In this document: in pieces, positions 44,996-55,295 of the stretch
Layout of the letters: every line of letters begins with the position of its first letter
Numbering within the stretch: position 1 is the stretch's first letter
DNA from: a virus
IMG/VR virus record: IMGVR_UViG_3300045988_158809
Length of the DNA: 64,000 nt
Strand: one strand, 5' to 3'
Translations under genes and position numbers: made by a program
The notes under the pieces: generated by a model
Seen by the model: the letters and a program-made list of their open reading frames with translations, nothing else
What the model was told of the DNA's origin: nothing
The model's database searches: none

Positions 44996-46741
44996 ATGGA
45001 AAACGTTATTACAAATGCTTATGGAACAGGTAATTTATTGTCCAGAAGCAATCTCATGAAAGGCTGTACTTCTTACAGCGCAACGAGTATCGAAAACTGT
45101 TCGGGCGACTTTGCCCGTATGCTGCATCCCGCATCCGTCGGTAATCTGGTCACGGTCAGCAATCCGTACGACAAATTTTCTACGCAGGAACGTGAGGCGA
45201 TGGCCCACACCTGGCACTTTCATCTTATCTCTGCCGAATGCACCTTTGCAGAATATCTGTATAACTATGTGCGCGAACTGGAGCAGATGATGGACGCTCA
45301 CGGTTTGCTGAAGTTCAACGCCAAGCGTCTGGTGAATGAACTGAAGGATACCGTACAGAGTATGCAGGTGCTCGTAAGGGGACACGGACGCGCACAGATC
45401 AAGCTTTTCTGTGTTCCTATCTTCGCCCCGATGGCCGACGAGTATTACAACATCGGCGGAGACCTGACAAGCCGTATCGTGCTGCGCATCCGCAAGCGCA
45501 TTGACGAGGAAGTGACCCGTATGTTCTACTGCACGAAGAATATGCTGAACCGTACCGGTTGCCCGTATGCCGACGTGCTGAACCACCTGCAGATGATTAT
45601 GTTCGTGGTGACTACCGATATAGAGTTTTCCGACGTGGTGAGAGACCGCGCAAGAAAGTTGCTCGACGGTACCGGAAAGGAGATTCAGTACACCATGTCG
45701 AACCACAACGCGCGCATCGTGAAGGCCGCACGCCAGCTCATCCTCCAGCTATACAATGAAACGAAGTATCCTTTCCACAAGGAGGATATGGAAAACGTGC
45801 GTACGCTGGCCCGCGTGATTCAGGAAAGGCTGGTGGGCGAACGTACCCGCGATGCGATGGACGAAGAAATATGGGGTGTGCGCGGCGACTTTACGCTCTT
45901 CGTGCTTCTCCGTCTGGCCATGCGCCTGCAAGGTCAGGGCGAGCCGGTGAGCCGCAAGGAGCTGAAGCATCTGCTGTTCCGCCTGGGCACGAAAGAGAAT
46001 GTGCGGGCCTTTGTGAAGGAACTGCGGGCAACCGCTATTCCCGAAGGTGAGGACATGATAGACCGCCTGGAGGGGTTTGACATTCCGGAAAGCAGTGACA
46101 CCCTGATGCAGCAGTTTTTCCGCCTGTGTCTGGAAGACAAGTCGATGTACCGGCCTTTCAGCTCGGACGAGGAAGTGAAGATGCGAAATATTCGTCAGAT
46201 GGTGTACTACAGCAAGGACTCCACTATCAGCGATTCTATGCTACGCTACATCTTCATCATGAAGGGAGGAGTGAAGAAGCGGGTGGAAGAGTTTCTTTCC
46301 GCCGCCGGTACCGAAGTGATGCGCAAGACGCTGCGCAAGCTGAAAAAGATGAAGGTGGCCGACCTGCAAGGACGAAAGGGCCGTTACTACTTTGATTTCT
46401 TTAAGGGTATAGACGAGCTGCGTAAGGAGCGCGGACTGAGCGACAAGGGCATGATGCAGGCCATGGGTTTAGGAAAGACGAAATATTACGGCATGAAGAA
46501 AGTCACCTCCATGCGCTATACGCGTGGTGATGAAATAAGCCGTCTGATTCGTGACCTTTCCACTTTCATGAAGGTGGATGCCGCCTATTACCTGTATCTG
46601 TGCATCCGTGAGACGGACAACGAGCTGGTTTCCGAGCAGACGGTGGAATACGTGCTTCGACGCGGCATTGTGGTGTATCTCACGAATAATGAAATCATGG
46701 CCGAAATGGATTCTGGAGAAGAGTATCAATTGGAAGGATAA
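44996..46741 (+). CDS. hypothetical protein
   Basis: 581-aa ORF. No motif recognised. Confidence 0.6.
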   Translation: MENVITNAYGTGNLLSRSNLMKGCTSYSATSIENCSGDFARMLHPASVGNLVTVSNPYDKFSTQEREAMAHTWHFHLISAECTFAEYLYNYVRELEQMMDAHGLLKFNAKRLVNELKDTVQSMQVLVRGHGRAQIKLFCVPIFAPMADEYYNIGGDLTSRIVLRIRKRIDEEVTRMFYCTKNMLNRTGCPYADVLNHLQMIMFVVTTDIEFSDVVRDRARKLLDGTGKEIQYTMSNHNARIVKAARQLILQLYNETKYPFHKEDMENVRTLARVIQERLVGERTRDAMDEEIWGVRGDFTLFVLLRLAMRLQGQGEPVSRKELKHLLFRLGTKENVRAFVKELRATAIPEGEDMIDRLEGFDIPESSDTLMQQFFRLCLEDKSMYRPFSSDEEVKMRNIRQMVYYSKDSTISDSMLRYIFIMKGGVKKRVEEFLSAAGTEVMRKTLRKLKKMKVADLQGRKGRYYFDFFKGIDELRKERGLSDKGMMQAMGLGKTKYYGMKKVTSMRYTRGDEISRLIRDLSTFMKVDAAYYLYLCIRETDNELVSEQTVEYVLRRGIVVYLTNNEIMAEMDSGEEYQLEG

Positions 46742-46753
46742 ACAATATATAAA

Positions 46754-47609
46754 ATGAATTTGACAGAGAAAATAGAGTATTCAATTAATCTATTGAAAAA
46801 GAGTGAGAAAATGGCTCTTAAAATAGACCCTGAAAACGGCTTTTATTTGGCGTTTTCGGGTGGGAAAGACTCACAGGTATTATACCATTTAGCCGTAATG
46901 GGGGGGGGTGAAATTTAAAGCCCACATGAACCTTACAAGCGTAGATCCACCGGAGGTTATCAGGTTCGTAAAACAGCATTATCCTGATGTGGAACTGATA
47001 AAGCCGAAAATGAGTATCTATGATATGGCGAAGAAGAAAGGCTGTCTTCCTACTCAGAAAGTCAGATGGTGCTGTGAGGAATTTAAGGAAATGTCTGGGG
47101 CCGGCAAGGTTACGTTAATCGGAATAAGACGAGAGGAAAGTGCAAGAAGATCGAAGCGTAATGAGGTAGAAATGAATAATTATAAATTCAGCGGAAGCTT
47201 CGGTCAGTGGAGCGAACATCGCGAGAATATGGTGACTTGCGTGGGAGGAAAAGATAAGATAATTGTCAGTCCGATACTCTACTGGACGAGCCGCGACGTT
47301 TGGGAGTTTCTTAATTCAAACTACATACCTCATTGCAGTCTTTACGATAAAGGGTATAAAAGAATAGGTTGCATACTCTGTCCAATGTCAAATTATAAAC
47401 AAAAGATTAGAGAGATAAGAGATTATCCGCATGTTAAAAGAAATTGGATAAAAGCTATAGAGTGGATGATGGAAAATAAATGGACTGAAAAACGTTTAAC
47501 GGAAGATGCGGAAATGGCTTTCAACTGGTGGATAAGCGGGAAATCTTTCAAACAGTTTTATGCGGATGAATATCTGCAACAGAAGATAGATTTTGAGAAC
47601 GTAAAATGA
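46754..47609 (+). pseudogene. PAPS-reductase-family PP-loop protein interrupted by a frameshift at a G9 tract
   Basis: The frame from the ATG at 46754 encodes 'FYLAFSGGKDSQVLYHLA' (PP-loop SGGKDS) and stops at 46916-46918. The frame of 46908-47609 continues with 'VDPPEVIRFV..RWCCEEFKE..GCILCP'. The two frames join if the G9 run (46900-46908) were G8. Confidence 0.7.
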
Positions 47610-47615
47610 TTTACT

Positions 47616-48119
47616 ATGAACTATAGAAAAGAAACTGAACTTGGGCCGGATGCCATTCAGAAATGGTGTGAGGAATTGGACAGAAAGCCTAAGATGGAAA
47701 TGAGCGAAGAAGATACAAAAATCTTTGTAGGAATAAAGCTTAGAGAAGATAAGATAAACAATGATTTGTATTGTAAGACAATGCTTGCGATGTCTCTTGT
47801 ACATAATAGAATAAAACAGTTTCACACATTCACAGCCAACAATGCTGTGCTGATGTTTCTGGGCTGCATGATTGATCGTCCTGGTATCGCAGTGGAATAC
47901 TGTAACTATATGCAGTACAAATGCTGGCAGCACGGAATCAAACACGTTGATATGGATTCATTCAGCAGATATATTTTCCCCATGGGATTTTTCAGCGAAG
48001 AAACTCTTCATGAAATGTGGGAGAAACAGAAAATCATTCCTAAAGACGGCGGAGGTTTGGCAAATATGCTCGATCATCCGGAATTTATGGAAAGTATCAG
48101 AGAGATTAAAGAGAAGTGA
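47616..48119 (+). CDS. hypothetical protein
   Basis: 167-aa ORF. Confidence 0.55.
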   Translation: MNYRKETELGPDAIQKWCEELDRKPKMEMSEEDTKIFVGIKLREDKINNDLYCKTMLAMSLVHNRIKQFHTFTANNAVLMFLGCMIDRPGIAVEYCNYMQYKCWQHGIKHVDMDSFSRYIFPMGFFSEETLHEMWEKQKIIPKDGGGLANMLDHPEFMESIREIKEK

Positions 48120-48121
48120 GT

Positions 48122-48634
48122 ATGGGAAAGGTTGTATTCGCAAAAACATCATGCAAGTCAGCTTCGGCAAAGCTTATTGACGACAGACTGGAGAAGGCTT
48201 TTGATGATCATATTTATATCGCTTACGATGCCCTGTATAATGATTACGGGGTGACAGGTGATTTGTCTGACGGATTATTTGCTGATAAACATGAATTTCA
48301 GCTTGATCCGGACGAAGCCGACATGAGCCTTTGGGAGAATATCCGCGATGACTGGTATATTCCGAAAGAAGATGCAGCAGATGAGAATCTTCGAAAGATA
48401 TGGAAAGATATTAATGAACTTTTCCCGAAGAAGTCAGAAATAGCAGAAATGCTGAAGTTGCCAGCCGGAACGGAAGTATTGGAATACGTTTCAAACCGGA
48501 AAGGTTTTGATGTGTTCGTATTCTACTTTAATTGCGAGTATAAACCGGAACTTCTGCCCGATGATTTGGAAGAGATTTCCGACAAGGAATACGAAAGACT
48601 TTCGGGCGGAATTATTGAATTTCTTAAACGATAA
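48122..48634 (+). CDS. hypothetical acidic protein
   Basis: ATG at 48122 (MGKVVFAK). Confidence 0.55.
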   Translation: MGKVVFAKTSCKSASAKLIDDRLEKAFDDHIYIAYDALYNDYGVTGDLSDGLFADKHEFQLDPDEADMSLWENIRDDWYIPKEDAADENLRKIWKDINELFPKKSEIAEMLKLPAGTEVLEYVSNRKGFDVFVFYFNCEYKPELLPDDLEEISDKEYERLSGGIIEFLKR

Positions 48635-48640
48635 ATAGTT

Positions 48641-49123
48641 ATGGACAGATATTACAAAACAGCAAAGGATTCTGAAACTGGGAAGAAGCTTTCGGAATTG
48701 GTAGAAAGATATAACGATTTTGAAGTCAAGAAAAAGGAGTTTGCTGAGAAGTACGGAATAAAAGGATTTTACAGTTATGAAATGTATTTAGCCCATGTAG
48801 GTGATGTAGTGTTTAAAGACAGTTCGCATGTAGATAAAAACAACTGGAAGAAAGGCTGTGCTTCAAACGCCTACCTGCCTAAGCAGAACCCGAAAGACAG
48901 GCAGCTCAAAAAAGACTGGGAAGAGCTTCGTTCTAAATCCATCCAGCGTTTTGAGCTTGATAAGATTGTAGGAGGTAAGGATCCGTTTCACATGTGCGGA
49001 TTTGATTACTCCTCCGAAGATTACTTCTTCATCATCACAAACAAACCGGAGAAATTCGATTTTCCTTTCGACGTGATAGAGATTAGTAACCTGGAATATT
49101 TGGAACTTACAAAACAGAAATGA
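48641..49123 (+). CDS. hypothetical protein
   Basis: 160-aa ORF. Confidence 0.55.
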   Translation: MDRYYKTAKDSETGKKLSELVERYNDFEVKKKEFAEKYGIKGFYSYEMYLAHVGDVVFKDSSHVDKNNWKKGCASNAYLPKQNPKDRQLKKDWEELRSKSIQRFELDKIVGGKDPFHMCGFDYSSEDYFFIITNKPEKFDFPFDVIEISNLEYLELTKQK

Positions 49124-49124
49124 T

Positions 49125-50117
49125 ATGGAAAACAAATTACCGAAATATATCAAAGGACAGTTTGTGGTAATGAGAAGTATAGAAGAGCTTCGAGCCATGA
49201 ATTATAAAGACGATGTGCTTAATTTTGTCCGTCCACTTGCGGGACAGGTAGTTATTATAGATAATGTTTCTAAAGCAGCGAATTCTTATTTTTATACCGT
49301 ACGAAAGTATAAGGAAAATCATTGTGTAATGGTACATGAAGATTTTATTTTGTGCGATGCAAACGGCCGGACGCAAAGAGAATCTCTTGAATGTCGCAAT
49401 GAAATAGACAGTATAATAGCTCGTGATATTCATGTAGCGCAATTAGATACCAGCAAGTTCAATCCCAGCCCTATGGAAACATGGAAAGCCTTGTTTGCCA
49501 GTGTAGAATCTTTTCTCTCCGTTGCTTCTCCTGATATACAGGCATGGGCAGCCGGACAACTATATGGTTACTCTGAATGTCTGATGCAGCAGATAACTGA
49601 AACGCCTATAGAAGCTCCGGATACCGGGAAGGAAGATTTCAATGCTACAATTCTTGTATGTCTTGCAGATGATGTACTGGAATGTCCGAATGAATGTGGA
49701 GGAAAAGAATTTGCTACTGGTACATTTAAACTGAAAGATGGTGCTTATTTCAGTAAGTACAGGATAAAGTCGTCATGTGTAGTTTATACTTCAAAAAACA
49801 TCGGATTAAGAAGTTATAACCATAAATCCGGACTTTTTTCTTTGGGATTTACAATTCGTCAGGAAGGATTTACTGAAGAAGATTTAAAGGATTTCCTGTT
49901 TAAATTTAAGGGAAGGAGAGTGGTTTTATTGTATAAGGAAGATGACAAAACATATTATAGCTGTATTTATACCAATGATATTACTTCTTCTTATGTGAAT
50001 TTTCTTTTAGATGAATCTGGTCTGAAATATGTTAGCCTGATTGCAGAAAGAGTTTTTGCTTTAGAGATAAGATTAAAAGAAGAGGATTTGAATTTATCTG
50101 AATTATTAAAAGACTAA
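49125..50117 (+). CDS. hypothetical protein
   Basis: 330-aa ORF. Confidence 0.55.
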   Translation: MENKLPKYIKGQFVVMRSIEELRAMNYKDDVLNFVRPLAGQVVIIDNVSKAANSYFYTVRKYKENHCVMVHEDFILCDANGRTQRESLECRNEIDSIIARDIHVAQLDTSKFNPSPMETWKALFASVESFLSVASPDIQAWAAGQLYGYSECLMQQITETPIEAPDTGKEDFNATILVCLADDVLECPNECGGKEFATGTFKLKDGAYFSKYRIKSSCVVYTSKNIGLRSYNHKSGLFSLGFTIRQEGFTEEDLKDFLFKFKGRRVVLLYKEDDKTYYSCIYTNDITSSYVNFLLDESGLKYVSLIAERVFALEIRLKEEDLNLSELLKD

Positions 50118-50121
50118 TTCT

Positions 50122-50418
50122 ATGAATAACCTGATACAAATACCTCCCATAACCAACCGATTGGGGCAGGGTTGGGAACAGCCGGATGCAGCCGAAATAC
50201 TGGTGGACGATGAATATGCAGTAATGTCGAAGGAAGCTTTCGATAAACTAAAAGACTATACAGCTTCTCAACCTACAGCACTTTATAATGGGAAGATGTG
50301 GAAAGCATGTTATCGTACGAAAGACGGCCCGTTATGGGTGTTGCACTACTGTTTCAATGAGGATATGGAAAATAATCTGATAGATATCGCCGCACGTGAT
50401 ATTTTGATTTTGGAATAA
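50122..50418 (+). CDS. hypothetical protein
   Basis: 98-aa ORF. Confidence 0.5.
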   Translation: MNNLIQIPPITNRLGQGWEQPDAAEILVDDEYAVMSKEAFDKLKDYTASQPTALYNGKMWKACYRTKDGPLWVLHYCFNEDMENNLIDIAARDILILE

Positions 50419-50438
50419 CACAGAAAGGAGAAAGACAC

Positions 50439-51215
50439 ATGTTCACATTGACACAAGCTACACCCACCGGCGGAGATTGTACCGCCGGTTACGATGTGAA
50501 ATTCAGTAATGAATATACCGTAAGAGAGCTTATAGAAGAAGTTTTAAAGACGCATCCCGGAGAGTGGGGATATTTCGAGTTAAAGAATTTAGGAGTCAGA
50601 ACGGATTATAAGCGTGGAAGACTGCTGAAACAGCATTTTGCCGATGAACTTCTGAACTCAAAGATAGTGAAAGCTTATGCTTCGGGCGGATGGTCACGTA
50701 TGGATTATTACCTGACCATAGAGCTGAAAGACGAGCATCCGGATAAATCAGTAAAACCTACTGAAGTGAAAGGGTGTTTCCAGAATGGAAATAACCACCC
50801 GCAACCTTTGGAAACGCTGGTTCCTCTCCGGTATAGTGAGGAAAATCAGAAAGACCTTCAGATAGTAAAGCTGAAAAGGATTATCGAGGACTACAAGAAG
50901 TATGACGCACGAAGGAAGGAATATTACGCTAAATCTATGATTCGACTGGGGATGCTTGAATCCGCATTCGATGAATTGAAAGAGTGCGGTTCCTACAATT
51001 CGCTAAAGGCAAAAGTTTTGTCTCAAAGAATTGAGATTGCCAGGTTGCTTCGCATACAGGGAGTAAATGAACTGTACCACAAGATAGACCCGGACATGAT
51101 TGATCACATAAAGTCTGTTTCTGAACTGATAATAGAGAATGAGGAGCTGAAGAAACGGGTCGATAGTTTGAACTACATTGTCAGCAAGCTGCTGAGAAAG
51201 GAGAATAATCAATGA
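50439..51215 (+). CDS. hypothetical protein
   Basis: 258-aa ORF preceded by AAAGGAGAAAG. Confidence 0.55.
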   Translation: MFTLTQATPTGGDCTAGYDVKFSNEYTVRELIEEVLKTHPGEWGYFELKNLGVRTDYKRGRLLKQHFADELLNSKIVKAYASGGWSRMDYYLTIELKDEHPDKSVKPTEVKGCFQNGNNHPQPLETLVPLRYSEENQKDLQIVKLKRIIEDYKKYDARRKEYYAKSMIRLGMLESAFDELKECGSYNSLKAKVLSQRIEIARLLRIQGVNELYHKIDPDMIDHIKSVSELIIENEELKKRVDSLNYIVSKLLRKENNQ

Positions 51216-51442
51216 TAAACAAAAGAATGAAATCCCTTCTGCTTCCCCTTATCCTGGGGATGGCCGCGTCGGGGAATCCGAAAGAAGTGTTTGCTTCTTC
51301 GTTCCCTCAGAAGCCGAAATACAACCCCGATTATAAGCCGGAACAATCCCATCGTGAGTTGAAAGAGTTTTGTATCAAAGGTAAGAAAGTGATGGCCTAT
51401 TCGCGCAAGGATGCGATAGTCCGGTTAAGACATAAGAAATAG
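51212..51442 (+). CDS. small secreted or membrane protein
   Basis: N-terminal signal-like 'MKSLLLPLILGMAASG'. Confidence 0.45.
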   Translation: MINKRMKSLLLPLILGMAASGNPKEVFASSFPQKPKYNPDYKPEQSHRELKEFCIKGKKVMAYSRKDAIVRLRHKK

Positions 51443-51443
51443 A

Positions 51444-51701
51444 ATGATGGAATGGACTAATTTAAGACAGTTTTTTGCAGACACATTATCAGAAAATTTA
51501 ATTGCCGCCATGCTTATACAGTGGGCCATAGTGGGACTTTTCTATTTGTTCTGCTACATCGATAAGGTGAAGCCTTCTACTATGTGGTCGCGCTACATTG
51601 TGTTAGGTGTTGCTTTAGTGATTACTTTTTTGTTTGCTGGTATTTGTTTTGGATATGCTTCTATAGATATTTATCATTTTGTAAGGAGCTGGATTTTTTA
51701 A
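51444..51701 (+). CDS. small membrane protein (two transmembrane helices)
   Basis: Two hydrophobic helices. Confidence 0.45.
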   Translation: MMEWTNLRQFFADTLSENLIAAMLIQWAIVGLFYLFCYIDKVKPSTMWSRYIVLGVALVITFLFAGICFGYASIDIYHFVRSWIF

Positions 51702-51713
51702 TGTAGATGATTC

Positions 51714-51959
51714 ATGAATAAGTTTTATTACCTACACATCGCTCCGATAATCTGCCGGATATTCGGCCATAAATGGGATGGGGAATGTTATTCATTTCTT
51801 GACGCTTATGACATCGGCATACGGCGTTTCAATCGCGGAAGGAAAGGCGGAAAACGGCGTCCTCAGATATACCGTAAACGTAGTAAGCAAACTTTTGAAT
51901 ATTGCAGCCGGTGTGGTGAAGTAATGACAAAAACAGAAAGGAGAAAACTACATAAATAA
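51714..51959 (+). CDS. small zinc-ribbon-like protein
   Basis: 'CRIFGHKW...CSRCGEVM', similar in layout to the N-terminus of 56684-57277. Confidence 0.45.
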   Translation: MNKFYYLHIAPIICRIFGHKWDGECYSFLDAYDIGIRRFNRGRKGGKRRPQIYRKRSKQTFEYCSRCGEVMTKTERRKLHK

Positions 51960-52149
51960 TACCTATCCCTACACACCCGACAGCAAATAGTATTGTCCGA
52001 AGTGGAACAGAAGGCAGGCTTCGACAAACGATAACGGCACCACCTCTCCGCGTAAATCTTGCTTGCGTCTGCAGTACGAGCTACAAGGATGAAACAGTAG
52101 TAGCGGAAAATTGGACGAGCGGGAAATGGGGATCTAAAAACTAAAGAAG

Positions 52150-52302
52150 ATGATTGAAGTTTTAGAATTTATATTTCAAGATTTTTGGCATTGGATTGGG
52201 ACGGTGATACTCCTTTGCTGTACTCCTGTTCCGTTTAGCCGAAATGGATTCGAATTTAATATAGGTAAAAAACAATCTAAAGACGAGGAGGAGAAGAAGT
52301 GA
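52150..52302 (+). CDS. possible 50-aa membrane peptide (below the ORF-track cutoff)
   Basis: The ATG at 52150 gives MIEVLEFIFQDFWHWIGTVILLCCTPVPF... Its stop overlaps the GTG of the next ORF (GTGA). Confidence 0.3.
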   Translation: MIEVLEFIFQDFWHWIGTVILLCCTPVPFSRNGFEFNIGKKQSKDEEEKK

Positions 52303-52697
52303 GCAAACAAGTATTAGATATAGAACAAATGAAGCACTTGCAGGAGCTTGGGTTAGATACAAGCAAAGCAAGTATGTGTTATGTGGTAGACGACAGTAAA
52401 GCGTACAAGCCTATACTGTGTGTTTCTGGTAATGAAAGCGAGTATCTGGATGCGATTTCCTATTCCGTTCCTGCTTTTACGTTGCAGGATATAATAGATT
52501 TTTTTCCTGTAAACATAGACGGATATGTTTTGAGCATAGGTAAAAAAGGTGTAGCGTATAACAGATATGAGGATTTAGAAACTAAAGTCGGGAAAGGAGA
52601 CCGTGAATTGATAGACGCTGCTTATAAAATGCTTTGCTGGTGCATTGAAAACAAGCATATAGATAAAAGACATTTAAGCCATGAAACGAAAGTATAA
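52299..52697 (+). CDS. hypothetical protein
   Basis: GTG start preceded by GAGGAGGAG. Confidence 0.5.
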   Translation: MSKQVLDIEQMKHLQELGLDTSKASMCYVVDDSKAYKPILCVSGNESEYLDAISYSVPAFTLQDIIDFFPVNIDGYVLSIGKKGVAYNRYEDLETKVGKGDRELIDAAYKMLCWCIENKHIDKRHLSHETKV

Positions 52698-52884
52698 ATA
52701 CACCCTCATAGTGGAGTTGTTGGGATTCATCGGTTCATACATCATTTATGCCTGTTGCACCTGTAGACTTGATATTTGGAATTTACCGGAGAGTTTTTTT
52801 CGCATGTTCCTGGTTTCGACAATAGTCATGTGCCTGATTGGAGGGATACTGGTGAATTTAGTCGAAAATGAAATAGAAAAATAG
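52681..52884 (+). CDS. small membrane protein
   Basis: Two hydrophobic helices. Confidence 0.45.
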   Translation: MKRKYKYTLIVELLGFIGSYIIYACCTCRLDIWNLPESFFRMFLVSTIVMCLIGGILVNLVENEIEK

Positions 52885-52915
52885 TGATACAGATTAAATA
52901 GGAAAGGAGTTTAAA

Positions 52916-53392
52916 ATGAAGATAACGCCAAAATTTGAATACGTGACAGGAAGCTTTGATACTGATAATGTCAAGATGCTTTGCCTGGCAAACGAGAACC
53001 ATGGGAAAGTAGAATTATGTATAGAAGAAAATCCTAATGGATTTAATTTCCCGATATCAACTATAAAGCTACATAGCAGAGACCTTTATGTTGATTTCAA
53101 GGAAACGCTGGAAGATGCCAAATGTTTAGGAAAAGAAATAGCAAGAAGGTGGAATGAGTTTCCTTCTTGGCGTGACGTGTCGGACGAGAAATATCCTATA
53201 GACAAGGAAGTATTTTGTAGAATGAAATCGAATGGAGCGATTGTAAGTGGATATATCTATAAAGACAATGGCAAATACAAGGTGGCTACGTCTCCCAATT
53301 TTCATTTTGAAGATTACGGCGATTACGAATGCGATTTATATATGTTGATACCGGGAATGCCGGATAATGATACGACCAAAGAGGAGGAATAA
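52916..53392 (+). CDS. hypothetical protein
   Basis: 158 aa, preceded by AAAGGAG. Confidence 0.55.
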   Translation: MKITPKFEYVTGSFDTDNVKMLCLANENHGKVELCIEENPNGFNFPISTIKLHSRDLYVDFKETLEDAKCLGKEIARRWNEFPSWRDVSDEKYPIDKEVFCRMKSNGAIVSGYIYKDNGKYKVATSPNFHFEDYGDYECDLYMLIPGMPDNDTTKEEE

Positions 53393-53395
53393 ACC

Positions 53396-53698
53396 ATGAC
53401 AGTACACAGAGTTGCAGCCAGTCTGCAAGGAATAAGGAAACATCTTTGGAAAAAGAATCTTCATAGGTTCTTTACGGTAAATGGCCGGTATCTTACCGAC
53501 GACGAAGTGCGCAAAGTAGTGGACTACGGAATATCAAAGGGATATGACACGAATAAGGAATTTACGGACGAAGAGATTATTAATTTATTAGGCTGGAAAA
53601 ATGAGAAAACAGGATTATGTATCGATAGAAGTGGCAAAGTTGCTTCAGGAGAAAGGATTCAGGGAGCCGTGCAAGGGAACTTATTTGATGGAGTTTAA
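53396..53698 (+). CDS. hypothetical protein
   Basis: 100 aa, preceded by GAGGAGG. The 3' end overlaps the next ORF by 98 nt. Confidence 0.45.
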   Translation: MTVHRVAASLQGIRKHLWKKNLHRFFTVNGRYLTDDEVRKVVDYGISKGYDTNKEFTDEEIINLLGWKNEKTGLCIDRSGKVASGERIQGAVQGNLFDGV

Positions 53699-54017
53699 AG
53701 ACAGATACGATTTGTTTGTTTATGACAGAAAGAAGACTTTTAAATATTTGTCCCGCATTCCTTCAAAGGGAATACAGTTGCAGTATCTTGCGCCTACAAT
53801 CTATGAAGCACGAGATTGGATCATGAAGAAATATAATATCGTACTGCTTGTGGACTGGAATGAAACATTCTCTTCCAGGAATGGATATAGTCCTCTTCAC
53901 TTCGGATTCAAGATATATAAGAAATTGGAAGTTAGAGGATACTATGAAACGATGGAGCAAGCTTTAGATGCAGGAATATTGTATGTATTGGAAAATGAAG
54001 ATTTATGGGAAAATTGA
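53601..54017 (+). CDS. hypothetical protein
   Basis: 138 aa. The N-terminus 'YVSIEVAKLLQEKGF' looks protein-like. Confidence 0.5.
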   Translation: MRKQDYVSIEVAKLLQEKGFREPCKGTYLMEFKDRYDLFVYDRKKTFKYLSRIPSKGIQLQYLAPTIYEARDWIMKKYNIVLLVDWNETFSSRNGYSPLHFGFKIYKKLEVRGYYETMEQALDAGILYVLENEDLWEN

Positions 54018-54223
54018 ATTTTAGAGGAAACGGAGATACTACAAAAAATATTGCAACAGTTTTTAATCAATTATGTGAAGATCTGGAAAACTTAGGCGAA
54101 ATGGATCAAAGTTATTGGGCTTTACATCTTCGAGGTAATAAAGCCACACTAAGAAGCCGTGCTAAACAGATAGTTATGAGGGCGAAATTGTTGCAGGAAG
54201 CGATAAATAGTTATACAGCCTAA
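54005..54223 (+). CDS. hypothetical small protein
   Basis: 72-aa ORF. Confidence 0.4.
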   Translation: MGKLNFRGNGDTTKNIATVFNQLCEDLENLGEMDQSYWALHLRGNKATLRSRAKQIVMRAKLLQEAINSYTA

Positions 54224-54234
54224 ACAAACATACT

Positions 54235-54459
54235 ATGTTTAACGGAGAATTTAAAATCGGTGAGGTATTTCAGTGCGGACTTCTCAAACTGAAAGTAGTA
54301 GAAGCATCAAATCCCCTTCATGTACTGGATGCGACCTTGACGTTTTTGCTGATTGTTATGGCCATTTGTACAGTCTTGTGGGATTGTGCCGGGAAAGAAA
54401 AGATAATAAGAATGTCATCTTTAAAATTGTGGATGGAATATGACAATAGAAGAATTTAG
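54235..54459 (+). CDS. hypothetical small protein
   Basis: 74-aa ORF. Confidence 0.4.
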   Translation: MFNGEFKIGEVFQCGLLKLKVVEASNPLHVLDATLTFLLIVMAICTVLWDCAGKEKIIRMSSLKLWMEYDNRRI

Positions 54460-54640
54460 TAAAACCGGATTTCATGCAGGAATGAAGGTGAGATACAAGT
54501 GCGAAATAAGAGATTTGGTTTCTGTAGATTTTGAAGAAAATCTTATCGGGATTGAATCTGGAGAAATAGAATGTGAAGAGTGCGGACATGTTGAGACAGG
54601 CATTCAATGGGTAAGATGTGAAAACTGTGATTTGATTTAG
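54440..54640 (+). CDS. small zinc-ribbon protein
   Basis: 'CEECGHV....VRCENC'. Confidence 0.45.
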   Translation: MTIEEFSKTGFHAGMKVRYKCEIRDLVSVDFEENLIGIESGEIECEECGHVETGIQWVRCENCDLI

Positions 54641-54652
54641 GAGGACTGACAC

Positions 54653-55048
54653 ATGATACTACACAGATTTTGTTCCCAGGAAGAATTTGACAGCTATAAT
54701 CGTGGAGACCGGCTTGTAAACAATAAGGATCACAGCAAAACCCGCGGAAAGGCGACTACATCCGTCGGCTTTTGCTGGTTCACGGAAGACCCTGAGAAAG
54801 CCAAACACAGGCTGTCAGGAATTGTAGATTTCGATGTCTGCATTACGGTTGAAACAGATGCAAGCAATGTGAAGGAATCGAAAGGCCGTTATTGTGTAAA
54901 CGGAAAACGAGGTGTTTACCTTACCGAATATTGCTGTACTACATACGATAACACCCGGTTCCGACTCGTGGAAGCAACGGACAAATATAAATCGTATGCT
55001 CCCAATTTCCGTGATTTGAAACGGATAATGCCGTGGATGTTTGTATAA
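54653..55048 (+). CDS. hypothetical protein
   Basis: 131 aa, preceded by TAGGAGGA. Confidence 0.55.
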   Translation: MILHRFCSQEEFDSYNRGDRLVNNKDHSKTRGKATTSVGFCWFTEDPEKAKHRLSGIVDFDVCITVETDASNVKESKGRYCVNGKRGVYLTEYCCTTYDNTRFRLVEATDKYKSYAPNFRDLKRIMPWMFV

Positions 55049-55073
55049 TATAAAAAACTAAGGAGAAAAGGAA

Positions 55074-55295
55074 ATGATACAGAAAGTAGATATGTACGCA
55101 TGTGTATGCGACAGATGTAGCAAAACACATGTAAACGAGAATTTAGGATATGTAGCTTGGACAGATGGAAGTCGGGCTTTTGAAGATGCAGAAGAAGCCG
55201 GTTGGACTGAAATAGACGGAAAATATTACTGCCCTGATTGCTATGAATATGACGAAGAAACAGACGAGTATAAACCAAAATCAAAGGAAGACTAA
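55074..55295 (+). CDS. small zinc-ribbon protein
   Basis: 'CVCDRCSK....YYCPDCYE', preceded by AAGGAG. Confidence 0.5.
   Translation: MIQKVDMYACVCDRCSKTHVNENLGYVAWTDGSRAFEDAEEAGWTEIDGKYYCPDCYEYDEETDEYKPKSKED

Noticed and set aside
52236-52260. GGATTCGAA (the reverse complement of a tRNA T-loop-like TTCGAATCC).
   Set aside because: The flanking bases cannot form a T-stem or an acceptor stem. The sequence sits inside a plausible small ORF. No tRNA is called anywhere in the window.
53601-53698. 98-nt overlap of two + strand ORFs, considered as a programmed frameshift site.
   Set aside because: The downstream frame has a TAG stop just upstream of its ATG, and no convincing slippery heptamer plus structure was seen. 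This is more likely a simple overlap, or a mis-extended 3' end of the upstream ORF.
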